From Clostridia bacterium (GTDB lineage: Bacteria; Bacillota; Clostridia; Caldicoprobacterales; Caldicoprobacteraceae): a DNA stretch of 64,000 nucleotides. The first letter of the stretch is position 1; the number at the start of each line of letters is the position of its first letter. Positions 19,264 to 30,182 of this stretch are shown here, in pieces. A program made the translations under genes and the position numbers. Location of the stretch: the NCBI GenBank assembly GCA_017577715.2, contig PKRC02000001.1, positions 279 through 64,278 on the forward strand, written 5' to 3'. The notes beneath the pieces were generated by a model. That model did not search any database, was not told where the DNA came from, and worked only from the letters and a program-made list of their open reading frames with translations.

Positions 19264-20490
19264 ATGCCGACGATAAGAATCATTATTCATGGTTGCAATG
19301 GGAAAATGGGCCAGACGGTTGCATCGGTTGCAGCCGCCCTTCCTGACATACAGGTAGTAGCCGGCGTAGATAAATTCCCCGAAATCAAACAAAATCCCTT
19401 CCCCACTTACGGCTCTTTAAGCCAATGCAATGAACAGGCCGATGTGATTGTAGATTTTTCCAATCCCGCCGCCCTTCCTGACCTGCTGGCCTTTGCAAAA
19501 GAGCGTAAAATAGCCCTAGTCATTGCAACCACCGGCTTTTCACAGGATGATATAAAGCTCATCGAGCAGGCTTCCCGTACAATTCCAATTTTCAGGTCGG
19601 CCAATATGTCTCTAGGAGTAAACGTCATGCTGGAACTGGTACAAAAGGCGGCAGCCGCCCTGGGCAACGAATTCGACATAGAGATCATCGAAAAGCACCA
19701 CAACCAAAAAGTCGATGCGCCTAGCGGTACGGCGTATGTCCTGGCCGACGCTATAAACGAGGTACTGCTCAATTCAAAAGACTATATCTTTGGGAGGCAC
19801 TCCAAAAATCAAAGGCGCTCAAAGTCGGAAATAGGCATACACGCTGTCAGGGGCGGCACCATACCGGGCCAGCATACGGTAGTGTTTGCAGGCAACGACG
19901 AAGTACTGGAGATTACTCACACCGCCTATTCCCGGCAGATATTCGCGCTGGGTGCACTACACGCTTGTAAATACATAACCAAGAAAGCTCCTGGCCTGTA
20001 TGGGATGAAGGATATGCTAAACGAGCAGGCTGCAGTTACAAACATCTATTCCGACAATCAACAAGCTCTAATAACGATAAACAGCATACCCGATAGCACG
20101 ACAGCCATTGCTCAAATACTGGAAAGCATAGCACAGCACAACATAAACATAGATCTAATCAGCCAAACTACACCGGTGAATGGGAAAGTCAACATATCCT
20201 TTACCCTTCCGCGCAAGGACCTTAAAAAGGCCATGGAGGCGATCAATGGCTTAAAGACCTTATTCCCCTCTATAAACCTAAACGCCTACGAGGATATAGT
20301 AAAGCTCTCGGTAGAAGGGTCAGGAATGGCACAACAGCCAGGCATAGCCTCTAAGGTGTTCAGCTTAATGGCTCAGCAAAATATAAGGATCATGGCCATA
20401 ACCACTTCCGAAACCAAAATATCCTATATCATCCACCCATTGGATGAAAGGAAGGCTCTTGAAGCGCTTATGGAAGCGTTTGAGCTGTAA
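19264..20490 (+). CDS. dapB: 4-hydroxy-tetrahydrodipicolinate reductase fused to C-terminal aspartokinase-type tandem ACT domains
   Basis: Residues 1-250: GCNGKMG, ATTG, SANMSLGV, EKHHNQKVDAPSGTA, RGGTIPGQH. Residues about 251-408: NINIDLISQ, KLSVEGSGM..QPGIASKVF, ITTSETKIS. Confidence 0.9.
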   Translation: MPTIRIIIHGCNGKMGQTVASVAAALPDIQVVAGVDKFPEIKQNPFPTYGSLSQCNEQADVIVDFSNPAALPDLLAFAKERKIALVIATTGFSQDDIKLIEQASRTIPIFRSANMSLGVNVMLELVQKAAAALGNEFDIEIIEKHHNQKVDAPSGTAYVLADAINEVLLNSKDYIFGRHSKNQRRSKSEIGIHAVRGGTIPGQHTVVFAGNDEVLEITHTAYSRQIFALGALHACKYITKKAPGLYGMKDMLNEQAAVTNIYSDNQQALITINSIPDSTTAIAQILESIAQHNINIDLISQTTPVNGKVNISFTLPRKDLKKAMEAINGLKTLFPSINLNAYEDIVKLSVEGSGMAQQPGIASKVFSLMAQQNIRIMAITTSETKISYIIHPLDERKALEALMEAFEL

Positions 20491-20500
20491 GGAAATTTTT

Positions 20501-20544
20501 AAAGGCCAATACTCCCTGCCTTGTGGTGGGAAGTATTGGCCTTT
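20501..20544. terminator. Bidirectional terminator between dapB and GH3
   Basis: aaaggccaatact/agtattggccttt long stem between convergent genes. Confidence 0.85.
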
Positions 20545-20548
20545 AACT

Positions 20549-22825
20549 TCATTGCTGGTTAAGCTTTTCATTTAGCTTCTGAATTAACCCATCCAGCATC
20601 TCCTCGGTAAATTTTCCTCCTCCAAAATTCACCAAAGCACGAAGCGGCGTGTATTTCATCATTGCCATTAACATCGCATCCTGATCTTGAGTCGCTGAAA
20701 ACATGGGGCTACCTTGACCTGCTTTGGTTAAAAATTCTTTAAATACAGGAGCCAGCACTGGATCCAAAAGCAACTCCCCTACCAGCGTATTCCTATGCAC
20801 CGGCTTCTTGACAGCAACTGTTGACCTTACGAATATCCTGTCTTTCAACACTATGTCCCTCGATGACTTGCCTATCATGATTTCAAATTCACCGCTCTCC
20901 ACATGCCAGTCCTTTATATCAACGTTATAATACGCAAACGCTCTCTTATCAAGCTCAAACGTGACCACCTTCTCCTCACCGGGCTGAAGTTCCACCTTTT
21001 CGAATCCTTTAAGCTCCTTCTCCGGCCTTATAACAGAGCTCTCAACATCCCTCACATACAGTTGCACAACCTCTTTACCCGCTCTGTCGCCCGTATTCTT
21101 AACCTTCACGCTGACCGTCACCGTCTCGGTATCCAGTATCTCCTTCTTGCTTATATTAAGATCGCTGTACTCAAAGGTGGTGTAACTCAATCCATACCCA
21201 AAGGGGAACAGCGGCTCTATGCCCTTCTTGTCATAATACCTATACCCCACAAATATGCCTTCCCTGTATTCCACCCTGTCCCCTTCTCCAGGGAAGTTCA
21301 AATAAGAGGGATTGTCGCTCAGCTTCTTCGGGAATGTCTCGGCCAGCCTGCCGCTCGGATTGGCATCGCCAAACAATAGGTCTGCAATGGCTCCTCCCAG
21401 CGCCTGCCCTCCTAAGTAAGCCTCAAGCAAGCCCTTTACCTTATCAATCCAGGGCATCTCCACGGGAGAACCGTTGCTCAATACCACCACCACATTGGGC
21501 TGAACCTCCGCCACCCCTTCGATAAGGGCACAGTGGCTCTCAGGCATTCTCATATGCTGCCTGTCATAGCCTTCTGATTCGTAATGTTCAGGAAGCCCCG
21601 CAAATATAACGGCAACGTCGGCATTCATTGCCACCTGCTTTGCTTCTTCCAAAAGGCCTTCATCCACCTCATCCTTATCAAGGCTGTAACCTTTAGCGTA
21701 TAATACGTTGACGCTATTCCCAGCTGATTTTTTAATCTCCTCGTATATATCGTCCAGCTTGGTGGGATTTACATGGGAACTTCCTCCTCCCTGATACCTG
21801 GGCTTCCTCGCAAACTCGCCTATTACCGCAATGGTACCCTGCCTCTTTAACGGGAGTATCTTGTCCTCGTTCTTGAGAAGCACCATGCATTCTCTTGCCA
21901 CTTCCCTGGCCAATTGATGGTGTGCTTCTTTGTCATATGTAGCATTCTCTTTCCTGCCATCCACCGCTTTGAAGATCAGATTCAGTATCCTCTCAACCGC
22001 CCTGTCAAGAACTTCTTCCGAAAGTTTGCCTTCCTTTACCGCCTGCACTATCTGTTGATCTCTGATTCCAAAGCTTGAAGGCATCTCAAGGTCCAATCCT
22101 GCCTCCAAAGCCTTAACCCTCTCGTTGACAGCACCCCAGTCGGATACCACAACACCATCAAAACCCCATTCGTCCCTCAAGATATCGGTAAGCAAATACT
22201 TGTTTTCTGAGGCATATTCCCCATTTACCCTGTTATACGAACACATGACCGTCCAGGGCTTGCCCTTCTTTACGGCGCCTTCAAAGCTGGCCAGGTATAT
22301 CTCCCTCAACGTCCTTTCATCTATTACGGCATCCACGCTCATCCTGCGGTGCTCCTGGTTGTTAGCAGCAAAGTGCTTAAGGGATGTTCCGACCCCCTGG
22401 CTCTGCACCCCCTTTATATGGCTTGCCGCCATCTCGGAAGACAGATATGGGTCCTCCGAAAAATATTCGAAGTTTCTGCCACACAGCGGCGAACGCTTAA
22501 TATTAGCTCCCGGCCCAAGCAAAACCGACACGCCTTCGGCTTGGCATTCCTCACCTATGGCTGCACCCACTTTCTCAACAAGTTCTCGATTCCATGAGCT
22601 TGCCAAACCCACTGCTGTGGGGAAGCAGGTCGCCGGAACGCTGGTCTTAAGCTCAATATGCTCTGCGTTTTGTTTTCTGAGCCCATGGGGCCCATCGCTT
22701 ACCATGATAGATGGAATCCCTAGGCGCTCAACGCCCTTTAGATGCCAAAGGTCTAACCCCGAGCACAAGCTCGCCTTTTCCTCTAAAGTCATCTGCGAAA
22801 TGAGCTTTTTGATATCCCTTTCCAT
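20549..22825 (-). CDS. GH3 beta-glucosidase with C-terminal Fn3-like domain
   Basis: [38 protein letters not shown] nucleophile, [23 protein letters not shown]. Confidence 0.95.
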   Translation of the reverse strand: MERDIKKLISQMTLEEKASLCSGLDLWHLKGVERLGIPSIMVSDGPHGLRKQNAEHIELKTSVPATCFPTAVGLASSWNRELVEKVGAAIGEECQAEGVSVLLGPGANIKRSPLCGRNFEYFSEDPYLSSEMAASHIKGVQSQGVGTSLKHFAANNQEHRRMSVDAVIDERTLREIYLASFEGAVKKGKPWTVMCSYNRVNGEYASENKYLLTDILRDEWGFDGVVVSDWGAVNERVKALEAGLDLEMPSSFGIRDQQIVQAVKEGKLSEEVLDRAVERILNLIFKAVDGRKENATYDKEAHHQLAREVARECMVLLKNEDKILPLKRQGTIAVIGEFARKPRYQGGGSSHVNPTKLDDIYEEIKKSAGNSVNVLYAKGYSLDKDEVDEGLLEEAKQVAMNADVAVIFAGLPEHYESEGYDRQHMRMPESHCALIEGVAEVQPNVVVVLSNGSPVEMPWIDKVKGLLEAYLGGQALGGAIADLLFGDANPSGRLAETFPKKLSDNPSYLNFPGEGDRVEYREGIFVGYRYYDKKGIEPLFPFGYGLSYTTFEYSDLNISKKEILDTETVTVSVKVKNTGDRAGKEVVQLYVRDVESSVIRPEKELKGFEKVELQPGEEKVVTFELDKRAFAYYNVDIKDWHVESGEFEIMIGKSSRDIVLKDRIFVRSTVAVKKPVHRNTLVGELLLDPVLAPVFKEFLTKAGQGSPMFSATQDQDAMLMAMMKYTPLRALVNFGGGKFTEEMLDGLIQKLNEKLNQQ

Positions 22826-23002
22826 AAGATTCCCCCCTCAATTTTTCGTCTGATAAATTTTATATTTTTAAATATTCTTTTGAATACCAATTGAATTTAG
22901 AAACAAAAATATTTTCCTGACAACTCAAAACCCTATTAGCAATTTTAACTCATCTTGGCCGGGAAATATATTCTCACAACAATGATGTGACTTTGACAAT
23001 CC

Positions 23003-23533
23003 CTAATACTCTATCCCCTTTCTTGCCGGTACGCCTTTATCCATGTAATGTTTGACATTGCGCATTTCGGTTATAAGGTCGGCTCTGTCAGCAATTTCAG
23101 GAGGGACATTACGCCCCGTCAATATAAGCTCCATTCCCTTAGGCTTATTATCTATAAGCCGGCAAACCTCATCAACGCTCACCAGCCTTCCGTGTATGGC
23201 AGCCATGATCTCGTCGAGTATCAGCACATCGCATGAGCCTTCTTTCAACAGCTGCTCAAGCTGCTTCATCTCCTGCCGTGTCTTCTCCTTAAGCTGTCTC
23301 TTTTCCTCATCGGTAAGCTGCCAGAAAAACTTCTTGGTCTCAGCAAAGCGCATGATTGTAAATTGAGGTTCAAGCCTCTTTACCGCTTCCAGTTCTCCCG
23401 ACTCGATACCTTTGAGGAACTGCACCATCACCACTTTAAGGCCTCTACCCATTGCTCTCAAGCCTTGTCCCAGCGCAGCAGTGGTCTTGCCCTTGCCATC
23501 GCCGGTATAAACCTGAACATAGCCGATTTCCAT
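23003..23533 (-). CDS. cobO: Cob(I)yrinic acid a,c-diamide adenosyltransferase (CobO/BtuR family)
   Basis: VYTGDGKGKTTAALG, VQFLKG, LDEI, ELILTGR, ADLITEM, RKGIEY. Confidence 0.88.
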   Translation of the reverse strand: MEIGYVQVYTGDGKGKTTAALGQGLRAMGRGLKVVMVQFLKGIESGELEAVKRLEPQFTIMRFAETKKFFWQLTDEEKRQLKEKTRQEMKQLEQLLKEGSCDVLILDEIMAAIHGRLVSVDEVCRLIDNKPKGMELILTGRNVPPEIADRADLITEMRNVKHYMDKGVPARKGIEY

Positions 23534-23628
23534 AGATAACCCTCCACCAAACTATGCCATGACTGAGTAAAACCTAATTTCATTAAATCATTTTCTCAAT
23601 CACAATTCAAGGCCAATGAATATAATCA

Positions 23629-23668
23629 ATAAAAATGAAGGAGGCGGCACTTTACGCCGCCTCACTTC
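23629..23668 (-). terminator. Terminator of the pur operon
   Basis: gaggcggc/gccgcctc stem with an A-run upstream on +. Confidence 0.75.
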
Positions 23669-24921
23669 CTTCCTATATCCCTGCGATAATGCATATTTTC
23701 AAAATGTATCTTCCCCACGCTTTGATAGGCTTTCCGTACGGCCGTATCCAGGTCCTTTGCTATGGCCGTTATGCCCAAAACTCTGCCCCCACTCGTATAG
23801 TATTTGCCATCGACCTTTTTCGTACCCGCATGGAATACCATCATATCGGGATCTTTTAAGACTTCGTCTATACCCGAAATCTCGTAGCCCGTCCTATATG
23901 ACTTTGGATAACCTCCTGATGCCAGCACCACACAGACGGCGGCATTGTCCTCCCACTCTACATTTATCTCATCAAGCCGTTCATCAATTACCGCTTCAAA
24001 TATATCCACTATATCGGTCTTAAGGCGTGGCAGCACCACCTGGGTCTCGGGATCCCCAAACCTGGCGTTATACTCGAGAACCTTGGGCCCCTGCGGGGTA
24101 AGCATCAATCCGAAATACAGCACTCCCTTAAAGGGCCTTCCCTCCTGTGCCATGGCCCTGATGGTGGGCCTTATTATGCCGTCTTCTACCTCGCTGGCTA
24201 TATCGGGTGTATATACGCGACTGGGCGAGAAAGCCCCCATACCTCCTGTATTGGGTCCCTGATCGCCGTCGTATGCCCTCTTGTGGTCCTGGGCGCTGAC
24301 CATGGGTATGATGGTTTTACCATCGGTAAAGATAAGCACCGAAACCTCTGGGCCTGCCAAGTGCTCTTCAATGACTACCCGCAGGCCAGCCTCCCCAAAA
24401 ACCTTATCCACCATCATTGACTTTAAAGCATCTCTCGCCTCATCAAAGTCTCTGGCAATTATAACGCCTTTGCCCAGGGCCAGTCCCTCGGCTTTAATGA
24501 CAACGGGATATTGAACTTGCTCCACGTATTTAACAGCCTTATCGTAGCTCTCAAAAACCCTGTACTCAGCAGTAGGGATACCATATCTGCGCATCAGATG
24601 CTTGGCGAACACCTTGCTGCTCTCTATTATGGCAGCATCCCTGGTAGGGCCAAAGGCCTTGAGGCCTTCTGCCTGCAGAGCATCTACCATACCCATTGCC
24701 AGTGGGTCATCGGGCGCTACAACCGTCAAATCTATGCCGTTTTGTTTTGCAAAGCGCACCATGCCCACAACATCGGTGGCCGAGATGTTTACGCATTCGG
24801 CCAAATCGGATATGCCGCCATTGCCCGGAGCGCAGTAAATCTTGGACACCCTGGGGCTTTTGCTTATCTTCCACACCAGCGCATGCTCACGTCCCCCGCT
24901 GCCTACAACCAGCACCTTCAT
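23662..24921 (-). CDS. purD: Phosphoribosylamine-glycine ligase
   Basis: KVLVVGSGGREHAL, IKAEGLALGKGV, QDHKR..DGDQGPNTGGMG, YNARFGDPETQ. Confidence 0.98.
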   Translation of the reverse strand: MKVLVVGSGGREHALVWKISKSPRVSKIYCAPGNGGISDLAECVNISATDVVGMVRFAKQNGIDLTVVAPDDPLAMGMVDALQAEGLKAFGPTRDAAIIESSKVFAKHLMRRYGIPTAEYRVFESYDKAVKYVEQVQYPVVIKAEGLALGKGVIIARDFDEARDALKSMMVDKVFGEAGLRVVIEEHLAGPEVSVLIFTDGKTIIPMVSAQDHKRAYDGDQGPNTGGMGAFSPSRVYTPDIASEVEDGIIRPTIRAMAQEGRPFKGVLYFGLMLTPQGPKVLEYNARFGDPETQVVLPRLKTDIVDIFEAVIDERLDEINVEWEDNAAVCVVLASGGYPKSYRTGYEISGIDEVLKDPDMMVFHAGTKKVDGKYYTSGGRVLGITAIAKDLDTAVRKAYQSVGKIHFENMHYRRDIGRK

Positions 24922-25083
24922 TCTGTTCACCTCATTTTATTATCATTCTTTCCAATTCCAAATTACCGCTTTACGCTACTTCCCTGGGCCAGTGCAGCTA
25001 GCATAACCGTACAGCATCGGTAATTTACTTAATGGATATAGAGTTTTTCTGATGAACAACGGTTCCCCATATAGGCATCACAA

Positions 25084-26631
25084 TTAGTGTTTAAAATGCC
25101 TCATTCCGGTAAATATCATAGCAATCCCATATTTATTGCAGGCATCGATGGATTCTTGATCCCTGATAGATCCCCCTGGCTGTATTATGGCTGAAATGCC
25201 GGCCTTTGCTGCAGCCTCTACGCAATCGGGGAACGGGAAAAAGGCATCGGAAGCCAGAACGGCGCCCTTCACCTTTTCACCGCTTCTCTCTATGGACTGC
25301 TGCACCGCCCAGATGCGATTGACCTGGCCAGGTCCTATCCCCAGCGACTGCTTATTCTTGGCTATGGCAATGCCGTTGGACTTGGTGTGCTTTACCACCT
25401 TCCAGGCAAATATGAGGTCCTCCATCTCGGCAGCGGTGGGCTTTTTGTCTGTGACCACCTTAAGCTGCGACATGTCTGGCAGAAGCTCGGTATCCAATTC
25501 CTGCACCAGCAAACCGCCCAGCACCTTCCTAGTATCCCAGATTCCTTTATGGGGCCTCGCCGAAATGTCCTTAAGCTGCAGTATGCGAATGTTCTTCTTC
25601 CTCTTCAATATTTCCAAAGCCTCATCGGTATAGGAAGGGGCTATCACGATCTCAATGAATATCTTGTTTATCTCGGCGGCGGTTTGGGCATCTATCTCCC
25701 TGTTGGCAGCCACAATCCCGCCGAATATGGATACGGGATCGGCTTCGTACGCCTTCATGTAAGCCTCATATATGGTCGAAGCGCTAGCCACACCGCAGGG
25801 GTTAGCGTGCTTCACTGCAACCACGGTGGGTTCATCGAACTCCCGTAAAAGGTCCAAAGCCGCGTTGGCATCATTGATATTGTTATAGGAAAGCTCCTTG
25901 CCATGGAGCTGCTTAGCACCCGTTAGGCTGCCCGGTACCGGCAATACCTCCCTGTAAAAGGCCGCCTTCTGATGCGGGTTTTCACCGTAACGCAAATCCT
26001 GCAATTTTTCGTAAGTAAAGGTGAGCAGCTCGGGAAAACCGGCATCCTTAACCTGCCCTCTCAAATACTGTGCAATGAGCGCATCGTAATGGGCAGTATG
26101 CTCAAAGGCCTTTACCGCCAACTTAAATCTGGTCTCAAAAGACACCTCACCGCATCCGTGCAGCTCATCCAGCACTACTAGATAATCGTCCGGGTCCACG
26201 ACTACCGTCACGTCTTGATGGTTCTTGGCAGCCGCCCTGAGCAAACTGGGGCCTCCGATATCTATGTTCTCTATAGCTTCCTCAAGCTCCACATGGCCTT
26301 TGAGTATGGTTTGCTTAAAAGGATACAGGTTAATTACCACGAAGTCTATGGGCTGAATCCCCAGATCATCAAGCTGCTTCATGTGCTGCTGGTTGCTTCT
26401 TACGGCAAGCACTCCGGCATGAATGGCAGGATGCAGCGTTTTGACCCTGCCGTCCAGGCACTCCGGAAAACCCGTGACATCGCTTACGCTTATCACGGGA
26501 ACACCCGATTCAGCCAATATTTTAGCCGTTCCGCCGGTGGATACTATCTCCACTCCCATATTATTCAATGCCCTGGCAAATTCCACAATTCCGGTTTTAT
26601 CTGACACGCTGATTATGGCACGTCTCTTCAT
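25084..26631 (-). CDS. purH: Bifunctional AICAR transformylase/IMP cyclohydrolase
   Basis: [52 protein letters not shown]. Confidence 0.98.
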   Translation of the reverse strand: MKRRAIISVSDKTGIVEFARALNNMGVEIVSTGGTAKILAESGVPVISVSDVTGFPECLDGRVKTLHPAIHAGVLAVRSNQQHMKQLDDLGIQPIDFVVINLYPFKQTILKGHVELEEAIENIDIGGPSLLRAAAKNHQDVTVVVDPDDYLVVLDELHGCGEVSFETRFKLAVKAFEHTAHYDALIAQYLRGQVKDAGFPELLTFTYEKLQDLRYGENPHQKAAFYREVLPVPGSLTGAKQLHGKELSYNNINDANAALDLLREFDEPTVVAVKHANPCGVASASTIYEAYMKAYEADPVSIFGGIVAANREIDAQTAAEINKIFIEIVIAPSYTDEALEILKRKKNIRILQLKDISARPHKGIWDTRKVLGGLLVQELDTELLPDMSQLKVVTDKKPTAAEMEDLIFAWKVVKHTKSNGIAIAKNKQSLGIGPGQVNRIWAVQQSIERSGEKVKGAVLASDAFFPFPDCVEAAAKAGISAIIQPGGSIRDQESIDACNKYGIAMIFTGMRHFKH

Positions 26632-26781
26632 ATACTTCTCACCCCTTGCCTGTATTATCTTTCTCTAACCTGCCAAGCTACTTTCTGCTGCCAAGCAGTT
26701 TTCGTTTTATACTTTGACTCGCTTTATTAAACAAAACTGGCCTTTCCCAATGGCCTTCTCGTCAATTCTCAAAGCATGCCG

Positions 26782-27402
26782 CTATCCCAAAATCCTTACC
26801 TTGCGTCCTTCCACAGCAAGTTTTCCTTCTACAAACAACCTGACGGCTTCGGGCAGGAGCTGGTGCTCCACCTCCAGCACCCTTGCAGCCAGGGAACGGA
26901 CATCATCGTCTTCCTTTACCTCAACAGGGCATTGAAGTATTATGGGGCCAGTATCGGTACCCTCATCCACAAAATGCACCGTCGCCCCCGTTATCTTTAC
27001 GCCGTAATCTAAAACAGCACGGTGAACCTTCTCCCCATAAAACCCTTTGCCGCAAAACGCTGGGATAAGGGATGGATGTATGTTGATTATGCGATTGGGA
27101 TAACTGCGCACAACTTCAGGGGATAGAATGCTCAAATACCCGGCCAGCACCACCAGATCTACGCCGTAAAACCTAAGCCGCTCCAAAATTGCCCTGTTAA
27201 AGGCCTCTTCATCCTCAAAGTCCTTCTTTAGTATGCATTCAGCCGGAATACCATGAGCCTTTGCTCTTTCAAGACCATAAGCCGATTTGCGGTTGGATAT
27301 GACTACTGCTATTTTAGCATCGGGGATGTAGCCAGCATCAATGGCGTCCATCAGCGCCTGAAGGTTTGTGCCGCTTCCCGAAATCAGCACCCCTATGCGC
27401 AT
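26782..27402 (-). CDS. purN: Phosphoribosylglycinamide formyltransferase
   Basis: LISGSGTNLQAL, INIHPSLIPAF, GATVHFVDEGTDTGPII; ATG overlaps the purM TGA. Confidence 0.97.
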   Translation of the reverse strand: MRIGVLISGSGTNLQALMDAIDAGYIPDAKIAVVISNRKSAYGLERAKAHGIPAECILKKDFEDEEAFNRAILERLRFYGVDLVVLAGYLSILSPEVVRSYPNRIINIHPSLIPAFCGKGFYGEKVHRAVLDYGVKITGATVHFVDEGTDTGPIILQCPVEVKEDDDVRSLAARVLEVEHQLLPEAVRLFVEGKLAVEGRKVRILG

Positions 27403-28430
27403 CACTGGATAAACACCACCCCGCCGTAGCCCTTTATAACCCTTCCGATGATATATGAAGGGTAACCGTCGCTTTTCAATTGGGCGATGATGCCATCCAC
27501 ATCTTGTGGGCTACACACCAATACCATGCCTATTCCCATGTTGAAGGTGTTGAACATATCCCTGTCTTCTATGTCGCCCCACCGCTTGATGAGCTCAAAT
27601 ATGGGCAGTACAGGCCAGCTGCCCAGCTGGATCTGGGCTACAAGGCCTTCCGGCAAAATTCGCGGTACATTCTCAATAAAGCCGCCACCGGTTATATGGG
27701 CAATTCCCTTTACCTTAAACCTTTTGAGCACGCCCAAAACGCCTTTTACGTATATACGAGTGGGCTTTAAAAGCTCCTCCCCCACCGTACAGCCAAGCGC
27801 ATCATATTTCTCCTCAAGGCGGTATTTGTCGTGTAGTACCAATCTTCTGACCAGTGAATAGCCGTTGCTGTGTACACCTGACGAAGCCAAGCCAATGAGC
27901 ACATCGCCCTCTTGTATGTTTGACCCGTCTATTATCTTTGATCGATCCACCATCCCTACCGCAAAGCCGGCGATATCGTATTCCTCATCCTTATAAAACC
28001 CCGGCATCTCGGCGGTCTCACCGCCTATGAGGGCACAGCCGGCCTGCATGCACCCGTCTGCAACTCCTTTTACTATCTGCGCTACCTTCTCTGGCTTCAA
28101 CCTGCCGGTGGCTATATAGTCAAGAAAGAATAAGGGTTTGGCTCCCTGGCATACCACGTCATTAACGCACATGGCCACGCAGTCCTGCCCCACGGTATCG
28201 TGTTTATCCATTATGAAGGCAAGCTGTAGTTTTGTACCTACGCCATCGGCCCCTGCCACCAGTACGGGCTGTTTCATGTCCTTCAAATCCAGGGAATACA
28301 GGCCGCCAAATCCGCCTATGTCGCCTATGACGTTCCGGTCATAGGTCTTTTTTATGAACTCCTTCATGAGCCTGACGGCTGTATACCCGGCCTCAACATC
28401 AACCCCAGCATCCTTATAGGTATAGCCCAT
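27402..28430 (-). CDS. purM: AIR synthase
   Basis: [44 protein letters not shown]. Confidence 0.98.
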   Translation of the reverse strand: MGYTYKDAGVDVEAGYTAVRLMKEFIKKTYDRNVIGDIGGFGGLYSLDLKDMKQPVLVAGADGVGTKLQLAFIMDKHDTVGQDCVAMCVNDVVCQGAKPLFFLDYIATGRLKPEKVAQIVKGVADGCMQAGCALIGGETAEMPGFYKDEEYDIAGFAVGMVDRSKIIDGSNIQEGDVLIGLASSGVHSNGYSLVRRLVLHDKYRLEEKYDALGCTVGEELLKPTRIYVKGVLGVLKRFKVKGIAHITGGGFIENVPRILPEGLVAQIQLGSWPVLPIFELIKRWGDIEDRDMFNTFNMGIGMVLVCSPQDVDGIIAQLKSDGYPSYIIGRVIKGYGGVVFIQ

Positions 28431-28594
28431 ATGCTGTTACTCCTTTCACTAGTGCAGCCGTTTATATCAATTTTGTCTGCCCAAAAACAGATCATCCAAC
28501 CTCCAACAGCTCAAATCCTTGCAACTCGAATCGCGGCTTTTGCGGCTTATTTAGCCAGACGCGGTATAGCCACATTTTAAACATCACGTTTAAA

Positions 28595-28626
28595 GCAATA
28601 TTAGGTACCAGCAATATTAGGTACCA
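28595..28626. repeat. Perfect 16-bp tandem duplication in the purF-purM spacer
   Basis: gcaatattaggtacca twice. Confidence 0.9.
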
Positions 28627-28682
28627 CCCACAAAGTACGGTTTTCGCTTCCATCAGCTGAAAACCTCAAAAAGCCTTGGTTA

Positions 28683-30077
28683 TCAGCATTCTGCTTCTAT
28701 GGGATATTCTCCCGTAAAGCATCCCAGGCAGAGATCGCAGCTGCTGCCCTCCACCGTCTTGAGCAGCCCGTCAATGCTCAAGTACCCTAGCGAATCCGCA
28801 CCTATTATACGGCATATCTCCTCAACGCCGTATTTAGCGCCAATCAAATGTTCCTTGGTGGGCGTATCGATGCCAAAATAGCAGGGAAAGCGCACCGGTG
28901 GTGAGCTTATGCGTATATGTACCTCTCTGGCACCGGCAAGCCTGAGCATCTCCACTATCTTCTTGCTGGTCGTCCCCCTCACTATGGAGTCATCTATCAT
29001 GACTATACGCTTGCCCTTTATGATTTTTCTTAAGGCGTTGAGCTTGATCCTTACCCCTTGCTCGCGCATGACCTGGCTGGGCCTTATAAAAGTTCTGCCC
29101 ACGTACCTGTTTTTGATAAGGCCTTCACCGAAGGGAATGCCCGAGCCTTCAGCATAGCCCAGGGCAGCGGTAGTCCCCGAATCGGGCACCCCTATTACTA
29201 GGTCGGCATCGACAGGATGCTCGACAGCCAGTATCTTGCCCGCTTCCTTCCTTGCTCCATACACGCTGATGCCATCGATGGTGCTGTCGGCCCTGGCAAA
29301 ATATATGAATTCGAATACGCACAGCCCGGATTTTAAGGGTACGGGCATCTGTATGCTCTTCAAGCCATCCTGAGAAATTATAATTACCTCGCCAGGCTTT
29401 ATATCCCTTATGAACTCAGCATCCACGGCATCAAAAGCGCACGATTCGGATGCCACCACATAGGAATGGCCGAGTCTCCCCAGAGCCAAAGGCCTCATCC
29501 CGTAAGGATCTCTGACTGCGATTAGCTTATCCTCGGTCATCAAGAGCAGGGCATATGATCCCTTTAGCTTGGACATGGTTTTCTGTATGGCCTTTTCCAG
29601 CCCTTCATCGATCTGCCTGGCAATGAGGTTGGCTATGACCTCGCTATCCACCGAGGTTTGAAAGACGGCTCCTGCCTCTTCCAGCTCGTTCCGCAACACC
29701 TCGGCATTTACCAGGTTCCCATTATGGGCCAAGGCCAAAAATCCCTTTTTGTATTTGATGACCAAGGGCTGGGCGTTATACAGGCCGGTATCCCCATAAG
29801 TGGGGTAACGCACGTGCCCTATGGCAATCTTACCGCCCTGCAGCGCATCCAACGTCTCCTCGTCAAACACCTCGGGCACTAGGCCTCTTGCCTTGTGATG
29901 GCGTATGGTTTGGCCGTCAGCCACCGCAATGCCGGCACTCTCTTGTCCCCGATGCTGAAGGGCATAAAGCCCGTAATAGGTTATTTCCTGGACAGCCAAC
30001 CCATCTCTATCGAATATGCCAAAAATTCCGCATTCCTCGCCCAATTTGTCCTGCAACAAGACGTCTCTAGGATGCAT
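28683..30077 (-). CDS. purF: Amidophosphoribosyltransferase (propeptide, 4Fe-4S type)
   Basis: EE-CGIFG Ntn start, LQHRGQE, AHNGNL, DDSIVRGTT, C-terminal CDLCLGC; start inferred from an AGAAGGA RBS. Confidence 0.96.
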   Translation of the reverse strand: MHPRDVLLQDKLGEECGIFGIFDRDGLAVQEITYYGLYALQHRGQESAGIAVADGQTIRHHKARGLVPEVFDEETLDALQGGKIAIGHVRYPTYGDTGLYNAQPLVIKYKKGFLALAHNGNLVNAEVLRNELEEAGAVFQTSVDSEVIANLIARQIDEGLEKAIQKTMSKLKGSYALLLMTEDKLIAVRDPYGMRPLALGRLGHSYVVASESCAFDAVDAEFIRDIKPGEVIIISQDGLKSIQMPVPLKSGLCVFEFIYFARADSTIDGISVYGARKEAGKILAVEHPVDADLVIGVPDSGTTAALGYAEGSGIPFGEGLIKNRYVGRTFIRPSQVMREQGVRIKLNALRKIIKGKRIVMIDDSIVRGTTSKKIVEMLRLAGAREVHIRISSPPVRFPCYFGIDTPTKEHLIGAKYGVEEICRIIGADSLGYLSIDGLLKTVEGSSCDLCLGCFTGEYPIEAEC

Positions 30078-30182
30078 TACCACCAATCCTTCTACCCAAT
30101 CCGATTGACGTATACCATCACAATTAATCCGTTTAGCCACAACGTGGTTACATTTAACAGAAAATATTATGCCAACACCATA

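Noticed and set aside
22826-23002. BglG/LicT RAT antiterminator upstream of GH3
   Set aside because: Only GGATTGT matches; the ACTG..CAGGCAA part and an overlapping terminator are missing.
26632-26781. ZMP/ZTP (pfl) riboswitch upstream of purH
   Set aside because: No GTGACTGGCG or GCCTGGG pseudoknot motifs; only a short ctgccaagc direct repeat.
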